Shown here: piece by piece, positions 27,321-39,391 of the stretch
How the letters are laid out: each line of letters starts with the position of its first letter
How positions within the stretch are numbered: position 1 is the stretch's first letter
From: Tubiluchus corallicola
Lineage: Eukaryota; Animalia; Priapulida
Assembly: GCA_030141605.1 (NCBI GenBank)
Contig: JAQGDQ010002381.1
Location: forward strand, 303,786 to 367,785
Length of the DNA stretch: 64,000 nt
Direction of reading: 5' to 3'
Made by a program: the position numbers and the translations under genes
Notes under the pieces: generated by a model
The model's input: only the letters and a program-made list of their open reading frames with translations
Database searches by the model: none
What the model was told of the DNA's origin: nothing

Positions 27321-28971
27321 CTTTGAAGACCATCTTTTATTTTAGAATTCTGACTGCCTAGTGGGTCACTGATTCAAACCCAGGCTCAGTGTAGTCAAGT
27401 TTGATACCAAAATTCAGCAGTTGAGGTTTTATATAAACACATTTTATTTTTCATGACCTTTAGTATTAAAAAAAATCTGATTGATAAACATTAGTAAGGA
27501 ATTGTGCAGTTACTGTGTTTAGGTAAATACGAGGGTCAAGCACATATAAGCACATATTTAAAACAGTTTAAACAAGTGTCAGAAATAATGCTTGGGCCTT
27601 TATTTGCTTTAATTGTCTTCGAACATTGAGAAACGTCCAGCTGAGATTTAGTAGCGCTTAAACTGTACAGACCGTGAAAAGAACCTACCGATCATTAAAC
27701 TAGATCAGTGTCGTAATAAACTTGAATAATTTCCATTGTCAAATCTGTGGTGAAATTACAATCAAGGTGAATAAGGTAAATAACAAGTATGATTGATCTG
27801 CTCTCATCTGACCTACTAATTCGCGTTAATTAAGCGGTTCTTTAACATAATTGTGCTACGTTATTAAATATGAGAGTCGTAATTAGGTTTAACGATAGGC
27901 TATTTGATTAATTCCGCCTTAGGAATGAGTAAGTACTATAATATAATGTTCACACATTTACATTCAGATATCCACATTTTAACAGCGACAGTGCATCAAC
28001 AACAATCTAGTGATACAAATGTTAAACTAAAACATTACTGAAAGTTTACGATTTTGTAGTTTTTATAAGTTTCTGTGCTATATATGCCCCCATCCCTCCC
28101 ACTCCTAGCATTCATCAGACATTTCAACAGATAGTACATATACTTCATATACATCTTCGTCATTGATTGGGATTGTAACACTTCATTAATAAATATTTAT
28201 GCTGGTTTTTCAAAATGTTTATTTGTAACATAGTATTTGTTCTTCATTTTTGTATAGTCATTGACATAAAACAGTGCAATAGCTTGTGCATATGAGCTAG
28301 TAGTGTAATCAGTGTCTGCCAAATTGAAGCCTGACTCAGACCTGAATAATAAAAGACTGTCGAAAGGTGTTTAGGACGATTGCCTTATACAGAGGGAGAG
28401 GAAAGGGATTACAAAGTAGAGTACACAGATGTCCTGTTCTCATAAAGATCTGAATAATTAGTATGTAGAGTAACATTCGTTTCTGGCTATTGAAGTTTGC
28501 CTTTACAAATACGCTGTATCAGTTTGCTACACGACACAGATTACATGCTCACCCCAATGCTCAACTCAAACCAGCAGTATGCTAAGAATCCAGAAGTACA
28601 TGCCGCATACACGCCGTACATACATAACATACGTTCATAGATAGAATACATGTGCACATAGCTCCACAATTGATTACCTGCATATGTTATCACAAGTGGT
28701 ATTTCCAGCGATTTAATTTGCTCATCATTATTTTTTGTCTGTTTATCATTACCATGCCCACTAGAACATAAATATAATTTACATTTTTAAGTATGTCAAC
28801 TTTAGAAATGTCGTGATCCACATAACAGCACCTCTTTGAACTTTTGGAAGTTTAAAATTAGAACATTGCACTGAGTGCAGTCAGAGTGCAAAAATCAGGC
28901 TTAAGGCGTCTGAAATCATTAGGTGAAGTGTTAAATGTTTTAAGTTTTTTGGTAGATGTTTACGATCTAAC

Positions 28972-29326
28972 TGTTGTGGAGATCGCTGACGTCAAGTAGA
29001 ATTGCACAGAACGTCGTAGAATGTTCTGTCGGGATGACCGCTTTAGCGTCTGGATTGTTCTCGAACATTTGTTCCAGAAGTTTCTGCAGTGCGCTATATA
29101 AGGCGAAGCAGGCTGCCGACAGGGGATCGCACGCAGATCTAACACGGACTTATACTTACGCATTTATACTTACTTAAACGTTTTCCAGATTTTCACGTTT
29201 ATTGTAATCATTTCAACGTTCCTTCATCTTTTGTATAGTAGAATTCTCGCTAAATAAAGCAGTTTTATTTGACGGCGTGTTTTCTGGTTTTCTCTACGAG
29301 CCTTTCGAGAGAAACTAAACACAACA
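28972..29326 (+). mobile_element. Solo LTR, 355 bp (BEL/Pao-like termini)
   Basis: TGTTGTG...CACAACA termini; perfect 5-bp TSD CTAAC (28967-28971, 29327-29331); TATA at 29095, AATAAA at 29253; empty site in copies 2 and 3 (GATCTAAC at ~45117 and ~59504). Confidence 0.93.
28987..29102 (+). promoter_or_regulatory. LTR promoter: CRE, heat-shock elements and TATA box
   Basis: TGACGTCA at 28987; GAA at 28999/29009/29019 plus TTC at 29024; TTCtcGAA at 29058; perfect TTCcaGAAgtTTC at 29072-29084; TATATAAG at 29095. Confidence 0.7.
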
Positions 29327-29421
29327 CTAACTTGTATATTAAGTAATACGATACAGACAACATACTAGATTAAAAATTTCTAGCTTCATATTTGCATTTT
29401 GTTTCTACTCAACAGACCAAG

Positions 29422-32400
29422 ATGACAAGTTTAAATAAGGGATGCACGTTGCCTTTATATGTGGTGGATGCTTTCACAAGCCAGGCATTTGCTGGAAATG
29501 CTACTGTTGTATGTCTAGTGTCACACAATCAGGTAAATTAATGATCTGTCATTAACAAACTTTTCGTCTTAATCTGTTGTCAGCTATTTTTATTGCACTG
29601 TTCTTCACTGCAAATAACTTGTGATCCTATAGCACAAAATCAAAGTCAATGTATGTGGCTTAATCGCACTCTTATTTATGTAAAGATACGAGTTTTTAAC
29701 TACTAACTGATAATGTTTCTTGTTATTTATTTATGCGATTAACTCAATTAATCTACTGTGTTACAATAAATAAATCATTATATTATAATATTTAAATCAC
29801 AGGCTTGCATAATAAAAATCACTGGTTTCCTTTTAGAAATATTGAAACAAATTTAACAAGTTAGATGAAAATAAAAGTGTCCATTTGGTCACAGCTGAAA
29901 TCAATTTGTAATCAATTAAACTTATAACATCAGTCATAATAATGTCAGGATAATGGTGACTGTGCCTTTCAGTTATGTTTGTATTTGGATCTATTATAAC
30001 AGTAGGTGTTTTTCATAAAGCGTTAGTATAATTTTAAGTGAGAATTACAATGAGTATCAATGCAGAAAATGCATTTTGTTGTTGTTGTTGTTTCCGTCTC
30101 TACTGAGGCTTTGTAGTTTCTTTTTGCAATTAGAATAGATATTCTGTGTATTATTTGAACTGTACAAAACAGCAGATATGTTATATGTTCAAAATGTATC
30201 CCAAACTGCCCAAAAGCTGTGTTGTTTTTATTAGTTGAATTGTGGTGTAATCTGCATTTCTTGGGTTATATTATTAAATGGCTGTAGACATTGTGATGTA
30301 TATAGTCCTTCGGTTATTCTATTTTAGGTAATCGACGATGCAAAAATGCAAAAAATTGCTTTCGAAATGAACTTGCCGATAACCGGTTTCATTGCACTGC
30401 CAACAGAAAACGATTCGTTCAAGAATTCTTCCCGTTTTGGTCTACGATGGTTTACCCCTGCCTGCGAATTCCAACTGTGCGGTCATTCCACTCTTGCTGC
30501 TGCCACGGTGCTTTTCTCTTGTGTTGGTAAATTTGCTAAGCAGGACAGAAATGTAAATCTAGAAGCTGAAGCTGAGTCAGTTGCTACTAAATCAGCTGAG
30601 TCACACAGTAAATCAGCTAGCTCGGCTGAAACTGAGTCAGTTGCTACTAAATCAGCTGACACTCACAGTAAATCAGCTAACTCGGCTGAAACTGAGTCAG
30701 TTGCTACTAAATCATCTGACACTCACATAGTAAATCAGCTAGCTCGGCTGAAGTAATTTTAATGTTGTAATTGTAATTTTAAACAAACAAGCATACAAAA
30801 ACATACGTAAACTTGATAAAATCCTAAACAAAAAAATCTTTGCTTACGAATAGCCTAAATTGCTGCAGTTCAAGAATATGCCGGTACATGGTTTTTAAGA
30901 ACGTGACAACTGACAACTGTGTGAGTGACAGTACTTTCTCTACCTTACTGCAGATGCTAGCAGTGCAGCACCATCATGTGCTCTGGTTCCGTACAAGTAT
31001 AAAGAAAGAACTAAAGAAAAAAGACTTATTGTATTGAATATTATCGATAATATTGAGTGAAAATAGGGGGCGCTGCAGTTCTGATACTTATACACAACCG
31101 CCACTGTGCTGCATAAACACTAGGCCAAGTTGACCAAAACCTAAATTTTCCTAAGTGAACTTGGTTCAGGAATTGACACTTATGATTACTCCTTCAGTGG
31201 CTTACTTACTGGAGTTCACCATTACGAATGACAGATTGTGATTCTTATGTCCTGCAGCAACAATTTAGTGTTAGTTTGAATAGTTCTATTTGTGAACTGG
31301 TTTAAGTGATTCGACAGCACGCCCCTTTATATGCCATATATCTCTCATAATTTATGTACTCGCGATGTTAAAAAAATCTCCTGGCTTATAATCTGGCAAC
31401 TCTAGCAATGGATTTATTGAAAATATAATTTAAATCCAACCCTTGGCAAGGCTTATCTGGATTACCAACAAATCAATACTAAACACCAAAATGATCCCAT
31501 ACCTGTGGCTAATGTTGCCTATTTGTGCATTTTATTTAATTTTGAATTGACTGCTTTCTCATTCAAAAATTTCTGAAGTTTAGTATCTCTGCCAGCACAC
31601 GTACAATATGACCGCATTGCAACCAGTGATTTCATCATCATCATAAGCCTGTTACATTATTTCTAGACATTGGGCAGGCAAAATTCTAAAATAATAGAAA
31701 TCTGTCCTCAAAACAGGTAAACACAGCAGTAATCTAACAAAAACTGGACACTGCTATGCCAGTGACTTTTTCGCAAGAGCAAAAATCATCACAGCCGGCA
31801 AAAATGTCAGCTACCTCGACTTCCGTCACCGAGCGGCTGGCACGACTAAAGCTGGGTTTCTTATCGGCTAGGTCGACTGTAGAAATAAACCGGCTGGAGC
31901 TGAGCTGAAGCGGTACGGCTCTGGCTTCTATGGCGATCCCATAAGTATTTTTCACGTTGTCTTGAAAATCAGGGAGTTTTTATTTGCCAACCTAATACCA
32001 AACGAATTCACTGTGAATTTATTTGTGTGCTAATGTGTTTACTTCAAATAAGCTTCCATGCAGTTTTGCTTTTTTTTCTTCTATTGCTTGGAGATTGTGT
32101 GCCTTTTTTTGCATTTTAGGACTTAAAGCATTCCGCTGTTTTCAGTTCTCATCATATTTGGCATTTTCTTAGGAGACTGTCAGCTTTCCCTTCTTTTTAT
32201 CTGCACTTTAAAAAATTGGAAAAGAAAAATAGTGCCTGTTAACCATATTCTAAACCATATTCTATTCAAATAATGAAATTACAATTAGGCATTGCAATAT
32301 TTGATTGTATTGCTAATCCACTAATGCTACGATTAGGCTCTAAATATTTGTGAAATTGATAATCATTATGATAGGCAGGTCTGAAATTAAAAGGCAGCTA

Positions 32401-35400
32401 GTGAATATATCTACAGCTATGTAAATTATTACAGGTAACGAATTTACAGAGATTACATTTGATACGCTGAGTGGACCACTTGTTGCCAGAAAAAAAGAGG
32501 ACAATATGATTCTGCTTGATTTTCCTGCTAATCCAACTATTAGTGTTAACAAGGAAAATGTGAAAGAGCTTTTAAAGGTACCTACTCTTTTGAATGAGCT
32601 GTAAAACAAGTTTGCTTGGGTTTTTGTTGTAAGTAATTTTATCATTGAAGCTTTTAGCAGGTAGGTGGTTGACAGTTTGGAAGACATTCTGACACCTTGG
32701 TATATTTATGTATTTTAGGAAATTTCCAGGCTTACTCGTTTTAACTGTGTGTGCTGGCCATGTTTTTCAAATGTATCATATGGGCTGTTTTTTTGGTCAA
32801 TAGCTAAATTGCAGCTTTGCACAGACTTTTTTGAAGGCATATTACTTAGTATTATCTTACTTGTATTACTTAGTATTACGCTTTCTTGCCTGCAATACTC
32901 ATGTAAATAGAAAAGACACATTTTCTAGCTTTATGTAAGTAAAGGGCTTTCTTGCCTGCAATACTCATGTAAATAGAAAAGACACATTTTCTAGCTTTAT
33001 GTAAGTAAAGGGCTTTCTTGCCTGCAATACTCATGTAAATAGAAAAGACACATTTTCTAGCTTTATGTAAGTAAAGGGCTTTCTTGCCTGCAATACTCTT
33101 GTAAATAGAAAAGACACATTTTCTAGCTTTATGTAAGTAAAGGGCTTTCTTGCCTGCAATACTCATGTAAATAGAAAAGACACATTTTCTAGCTTTATGT
33201 AAGTAAAGGGCTTTCTTGCCTTTTATGACAATTTTTTGGTGTTTTAATTAACCCTATTCAGTTTTTGAATTTACCTGAAGAGGGGGACAGCATGAGAGGA
33301 GCATGGAAATTATTCAAAGGTGGGACGGGGTGGGGTGGTTACAGTAATGGTGGCAGTGAAGCGCTTGCTGTTACTTTATTGTTTCTTTTTACTGGCTGTT
33401 ACACACCCGTGCATGCATGCACACGCACGCACACACCCACACACACACACTGTTACATAATATAGTAAAGTATATCATATCACTCTTTTCGGTGATTCTA
33501 GATTGCATAGCACTCCTACAATAGGACTAGTTGAAGTTTAGCAAACAACTATCACAATTACTAACCTGACATTCTGTGCATTAAATTTAGAAATCCACAG
33601 ATTAAAGATACGAGACAATGCCGCTATGATAAAACTAAGGGTGCATTCAGACTAGCGAGTTTTCTGTTGGGAGTTTTTCTCTAACACCAAACTTGCAAGT
33701 GTGAACTGCTTTGCGAGTTACTATCGACAAGTCATTGCACACTTTCAGACAGTTGCTACGAAATGATTTCCTGTTTAGTGTGAACAGTCTCAGCGAGTTA
33801 CTCTTGACACTGCTCCCAGTGAATAGAGGAGGAGTATCAGCTGGTGTTTACTTCATGCTGGAGAATTTTGTTCTTTAGTCTGAACGTGCTTGCGAGTTAC
33901 TTGGCGAGAAAATTTGCTAGTATGAATGCTTCATTACTCTCAAAAGCAGTGCGACAAAATATCAACATTCTTGCAACAGTCAAGTCATCTAAATTCTTCT
34001 TTGTAAAAAGTATTTTGGTCCAAACTTTAATACACTGTAGAATCTTACGTGAATGTTTTTTATAATACAGGTACTTGTTGGAGATTTACCTATTGTTGAT
34101 GTGGAGTATGCTCCTGTTATACAACAAATGATTGTGTGTCTTCAAGATTCTGTGTCCAGGTGTGCATGTTGATAATTTTTTATTTGGTTTGTCGTGTGTC
34201 ATTCGTTTTGCACTTTTCATTTGCTTTCATGTTATTATACATACTATAAAATTGCTGCAAATTGCACAAATCTGCAATTAATCTCTATTTCTATGAAGTG
34301 TGTTTGTGTATGTTTGTTTATTTGTTTGCTATAAAGTCCTGTTTTATTTATTTAACTTAAAATTTGGTCTATTAAGTTGCTAATACATCACACTCCCCAT
34401 TGAATTATGGGATATGTACAGTTATGTGCAGAAATCAATTAACAAAAGCTGAAGTCAGTCTACTTTTTAACTTTTGGCAGGAGTTCTACTTACATGAAAA
34501 AGAATTTAAAATACACTATGTTTCAGTCCATTGTTGGGTTCATTCTCTCATTGTCTCATTTTTCATTCATTAGTCATTGATGTTATTATTGTTGTAAGTA
34601 TAAGGCTTCATGTGTGTGTGTGTGTTTTACCTTCAGGCAAGGACTACTATACAACAGGACGTGCACAGTCAGATCTCTGATTCCGCCAGCGGAGGCGATC
34701 AATACTTGTAATGAACGTAATCTAGAAATAGTGCGCTTTAGAGAGTAGTGATCTTGGAAATTAAAGAATGGACGGATCGGTAGATAGCGAGTATTATTTT
34801 TCATTTAATTGGTTCTTTACATTACGGGAGAAAAGTTCCAATTGTTTATTTTATGTATCAAAGGAAATTAGTGTTCATTTTTACTTCTTAAATAGCGCAC
34901 TACTTTAGGCGTAAGTGTGTTTTACCGGAAGTAGTGCTTTGTCATTGTTAATGTGTCATTGTTCAAAGTCAAGTGAAGCGTTGTTTTCGTGCTTGTGTTT
35001 GTTTCTTTTGGGATTATTTTCAAAATTTCTCGTGGATTTTATACATCTGTGCTCAGCAGCATGCCTAACAAGGTAACTATGACACGGAGAACAAGTGTCG
35101 TGTGTTCAGACTGCCAAGAGATCATGTAGAAAAACAGAAATGGCTAAGTGTTCTTCCCCCACGCGAAGGCTTTGTTGTTGATCCATCGAAATTTTTCATT
35201 TGCGAAAAGCATTGGCCATCGGATACTCAAATAGTCAAAATTCCAGGTGGTCACACCAGCCAGTGGATCCACCCAGTATTTTCAACGTTCCAACATCATG
35301 CTTGCCCACTCCAAAGCCACCACCTCGCCCTCCAAAAACTGAGGACCAGCAGCTGAATTATTTCTTTAAAAAGGATAAAATAACTTATCTCAATGAATTC

Positions 35401-38400
35401 ACTCCTGAGAAAGACCTGCATAAGACGTATCAGAACCTCATTATATCTCGCGCACAAGACAAATTTGTGTGCATGTTCATGGAAGAGGACCACAGTCAAT
35501 GTTATATGTCAATTATTGTTCACAATAAGCCTACCTTGTGTTCCCCTCTTACTCTGTATGCTTTCAAAAACGGGATCAGTGTGCCATTAATTAAAATCCT
35601 CAGTCCGAACAATGGACTGTCCTCTTACTCACAATTTTTCGCGGTTGTGAATTCTGTTGTCAACCACATTCATCATGTTGATGATATTGTCAACAAAGTG
35701 ACAAAGTCTCTTGAACTTGAACTAGCTCAAAATCGAGAACAATCTCCTAGTGTTAATGCTAAAGCCAAGAAGCTCAAATTTCTAACACGACAGCTTCGAC
35801 TATTATGTGATAAGACTTTCACAGTGTCTGATTATTGCTTTGCAATAGAGTCATTTCCCCATTGCAATTACGAACAACTGCGTGACTTTTTAGTGTTACC
35901 CAGCAAAAGAAAGCTGCAGTCAGTTATTTCATCGACAGATATTGACAAGGTGCTAGGTAAAACATTTCAGAAAGTAAAAAGCTCTGAGCAGAAACACTGT
36001 ATGCTATTGGTGGATGAAGTGAAAATATGCCCAACAGTGGCTTAAGGTCCCATGTTGCTTAATTTTGCAGCTAAGGACACTGTGAGCAACAAGCTAATCC
36101 TGTCATTCGTGATAAAACAATAAAGAGACATTTATTTTCAGGGAGATCTTGGAAGCAAGGGCACCGGATATTTTTGCTCTTCCTGCAGCTAACACATCCC
36201 TGATGAAACTGTACGGTGTCCACTTGACGGTTAAAGCTCCAGCCAACTCCGGCTATGACTTTTATTCCCGCAGTTTTTTTCCCTGGATTGGAACGTCTGA
36301 AGATCCAGTTTGTGGTAAACAATTTGCATTGTTTATGTAAGAATGAATGAATATACTATTGATATATATGAATTAATTATAATTATCTTTGCTTTAAAGT
36401 AAAGCTAAACAAAAGAAATTATGTTTATTATTCTTGATGTGCACCATTTTGCTGCGTCTGTGTTTGCCAGTAAGTGGCGTACTCTACTGGCGTTGTTTTG
36501 TAACTTTTCTTTCTCTTTTGAAATGCAGCACAACTAGGGTTGTGGTTTATACAGTAAAATAATTAATATTGGAACATACGATAATTTGAGGCTTCATGCC
36601 ATACAAAAGAGGTAGCTATACGAAGATTGTTAATTAGTTAGTTAGCTATATAAGCTAGTCAGTTAGTCAATCAGTTAGTTTTGGCAAGTTTTCAGTATGG
36701 CATGTTGGGTTGGACAGCTGGGTGTTCTTGGCACTCTTGGCGGCTTTACATTCTTGGAGGCTTGGCGATGGGGTGGAAGACAGAGGCAAGATTTGGAGTG
36801 GAAAACAGGTAGAGTGTCGGCAGTGGGACTGATGTAGGAAGATAGTAGGGTGTGAAGAGAACCACCTAAACTGCAAGAGTGCCCAAATCAATACCAAAAC
36901 ACTAAAATGATCCCATGCGTGTGTCTAACATTGCCTATTTTTGTGTTTAATTTTGAATTGACTGCTTTCTCATTAAAAAATTTTTCAAAGATAGTATCTC
37001 TGCCAGCACACGCACACAGTATGACCACGAATCCGTAGTGCATTCGCCAAATTTCACCCAGTGATTTCGTCATCATCACAAGCCTGTTATGTCAATTGTA
37101 GACATTGGGTAGGCAGAACTCTAAAATAAAAGAAATCTGCCCTCAAGACAGGTAAACACAGCAGTAACCTAGCAAAAAACTAGACACTGCTTTGGCAGTG
37201 GCTTGTTCGCAAGAGCTAAAATCTTCGCAGCCGGCAAAAATGTCGGCTGGCTCCACTCATCTCTGAGTGGCTGGTGCGACTAAAGCTGGGTTTCTTATCG
37301 GCTAGGTCGACTGTAGAAGTGAATTGCCTGGAGTTCAGCTGAAACGACATGGCTCATGCCTCTAGTTTTAAGATGAAGATTAGTTTTAGTTTTGTTCTGT
37401 GTTAGTCTTGCATTTTCTGTCTTAAGTCTGACTGAAAATCACTATGTCACTGAAGGAGTTGCCAGTTTTATGGTTTTTCTGTTGAGGTGGTTTCTAACTT
37501 TGCAGTTTTTATGAGAATAATGAAATTTTGGCCACAAAATATTCTATCCAGTACAGAAGGACTTATGTGGTAATAGTTCCAGTGAATAAAGTATACATTG
37601 TAGGCCTGATTTTCAAAAACATGAAATGTTTTTTTTTCAAAAACATGAAAAGCCTATCTTAATTCATTATATTTGCATGTTTAAAGTTTGCAATGTTTGA
37701 TGCCAGTAATCTCCAACTAATTTCTGACTATGTTAGGGTCGGCTCACACTATATTTGGTTGTTACTGGCAAAAAGTGCTGGGAAAATCAACTTTTCAAGG
37801 TAGGATAATTTGCTGTTTTATGACGTTTGTTATAATTTAACTTATGATGCTTATTCGTTTATGATCTGATTTTGTATGTTTTTCAGTATGTCAGTAGATC
37901 TCAATTTAAATTCTGTGCAAGATTATTACCATGCTGACAAAGAGCGACATAGGTTTGATTTACTTAATGTCGTACAGCACACTGTAATTTAATGTGTGTA
38001 AAGTCCTCGAAAGGTTAAAAAATGAAAATTTCCAGCCATTGTAAATAACTGCGTCTTAGTTTACATAATTTTTCACAAAAAATTACAGAATGCTATAAAA
38101 TATAATTGTTATTTTGAACAATATATATTTTTAGTGGCCAGTCACAAAGTATAATTACTGCCCTGCAATACCATATCACATAGACTTGTGCAGCATATGT
38201 TACCGGAACAGTATCTTGCTTAACCCTTTTACCGCCTCCATGATGTACTATTATGTCTATTTTTTGTATTGGCTTATGCCTATTTGATGTACATATTTAT
38301 CATTAGTATCTAGCGCTCCATTTAAACTCTGGCGAAGTGTATTATCGCTTAGTTTAGTACGTTTAGACAGCTAGCAGGGCCCAGCACAGCTCCAGGAATA

Positions 38401-39391
38401 TGTGTAAACTGAGTTTGACCTTATTTCCTTGGCTACATAGCACATCTGCTACGTACATATATGTCTTCGACTGTGAATTCTGCATCATTTGAAATTTGCT
38501 GTTTTTGCACATTTTTATTATTATTAATAATAATCTTTTGTTCGTATAAAATTTTTTATACAGCAATGTAGTTTTAGTATAAATAATTAATACAATGAAA
38601 AATAATTTTTGTTAGTAATTAAAAAACAAGAGATTTAGAGATTTTAAGACAATTTTCAGCAAAAAGCTTAAAGATTTGATAGTTTTGGAGGTTTTAATGC
38701 ATATGCACACTCTCCCACTTATTTTAGAGATGATGGACCTATATATATATATATATATATATATATGTTCTAAACATTCTTGATAGATATATAAAAATGA
38801 TCTGTAAAGGGATTATTATTCTTGTACACAATTCTACGTGATTTTAAGGCTTTTGGTTTTTGCATGTATTTTACTTTTGATAAATGTATACCAAAACAAA
38901 TATATTTTTAATTGTGACTTGCACAAGTTGATTTTCGGGCTGAATTTAGGGGCTGAAGCTGTTTTACTTGCATGACACTATAATTTTGCTTTGGAGGTTC
39001 ATTTATTGATCTAAATTCAGTTTCATGTGCAGTTTCATATCACCATATTGCCTCATTTGCAAATAAATATAAAACTTAAACAAGTAAGTAAATATATAGG
39101 CCTAACAAATTTTCGTGAATGAATGTAATGATTGATTGATTGAATGAATGAATGAATAGGTGGGTGCATGATTGATTTTTATTTGGCTTGTTGAAATCAT
39201 ATCTTTTTTTCTTATGAACAATATCAAAATAAAGTTGCAAAGTTGTTATTTTGTCATGTGCTTTGTGCGTTTTTGTAGCTCGTCAGTGCTCAAAAAGAGG
39301 AGGAGATGTCTACGTGAATGTACGAGAAGACAAGAGAGTCGAGATTGGAGGCAAGTCTGTAGTCGTTATAGAAGGAAAGATCTATTTATAG
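29422..39391 (+). CDS. PBLD: PhzF/PBLD-family protein copy 1, 296 aa; join(29422-29532,30328-30526,32435-32577,34071-34159,36142-36314,37737-37799,39279-39391); catalytic motif altered
   Basis: VDAFT..F.GN, LRWFTP..E..LCGH, TLSG, DFP, DFYSR.F.PW...EDPVCGSAH and RQCSKRGG motifs; all introns GT-AG; 891 nt in frame; NLSET reads NLPIT. Confidence 0.9.
30571..30751. repeat. 60-bp tandem repeat, ~3 copies, intron 2 of copy 1
   Basis: CTGAGTCAGTTGCTACTAAATCAGCTGA.. at 30572, 30632 and 30692; a single copy in copies 2 and 3. Confidence 0.9.
30753..31405. mobile_element. Right part of the same composite hAT-like element as 15811-16291
   Basis: Highly similar to 15811-16176 and 16177-16291; ends in AATCTGGCAACTCTAG. 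Confidence 0.8.
31468..31930. repeat. Interspersed repeat present in both intron 2 and intron 5 of PBLD
   Basis: Homologous to ~36885-37362, ~46690-47155, ~51837-52318 and ~61077-61540 (CAAATCAATAC..AAAATGATCCCA..GCTAGGTCGACTGTAGAA). Confidence 0.8.
32881..33220. repeat. 66-bp minisatellite, 5 units
   Basis: CTTTCTTGCCTGCAATACTCATGTAAATAG... at 32881, 32947, 33013, 33079 and 33145. Confidence 0.97.
33639..33933. mobile_element. PIF/Harbinger-like MITE, also at ~48610-48904 and ~62999-63293
   Basis: TAA|GGGTGCATTCAGACTAGCGA ... TTGCTAGTATGAATGCTTCA|TTA; internal TGAAC..GCGAGTTAC subrepeats. Confidence 0.7.
34638..36044 (+). mobile_element. Truncated P-element/THAP9-like DNA transposon
   Basis: CAAGGACTACTATACA left end; THAP remnant VFRLP..KW..ICEKHW with the N-terminal cysteines deleted; frameshift at ~35255; ends just after LLVDEVKI; absent from copy 2. 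Confidence 0.85.

Noticed and set aside
32876-33166. Repeat-protein ORF or CRISPR array
   Set aside because: A head-to-tail 66-bp minisatellite with no spacers.
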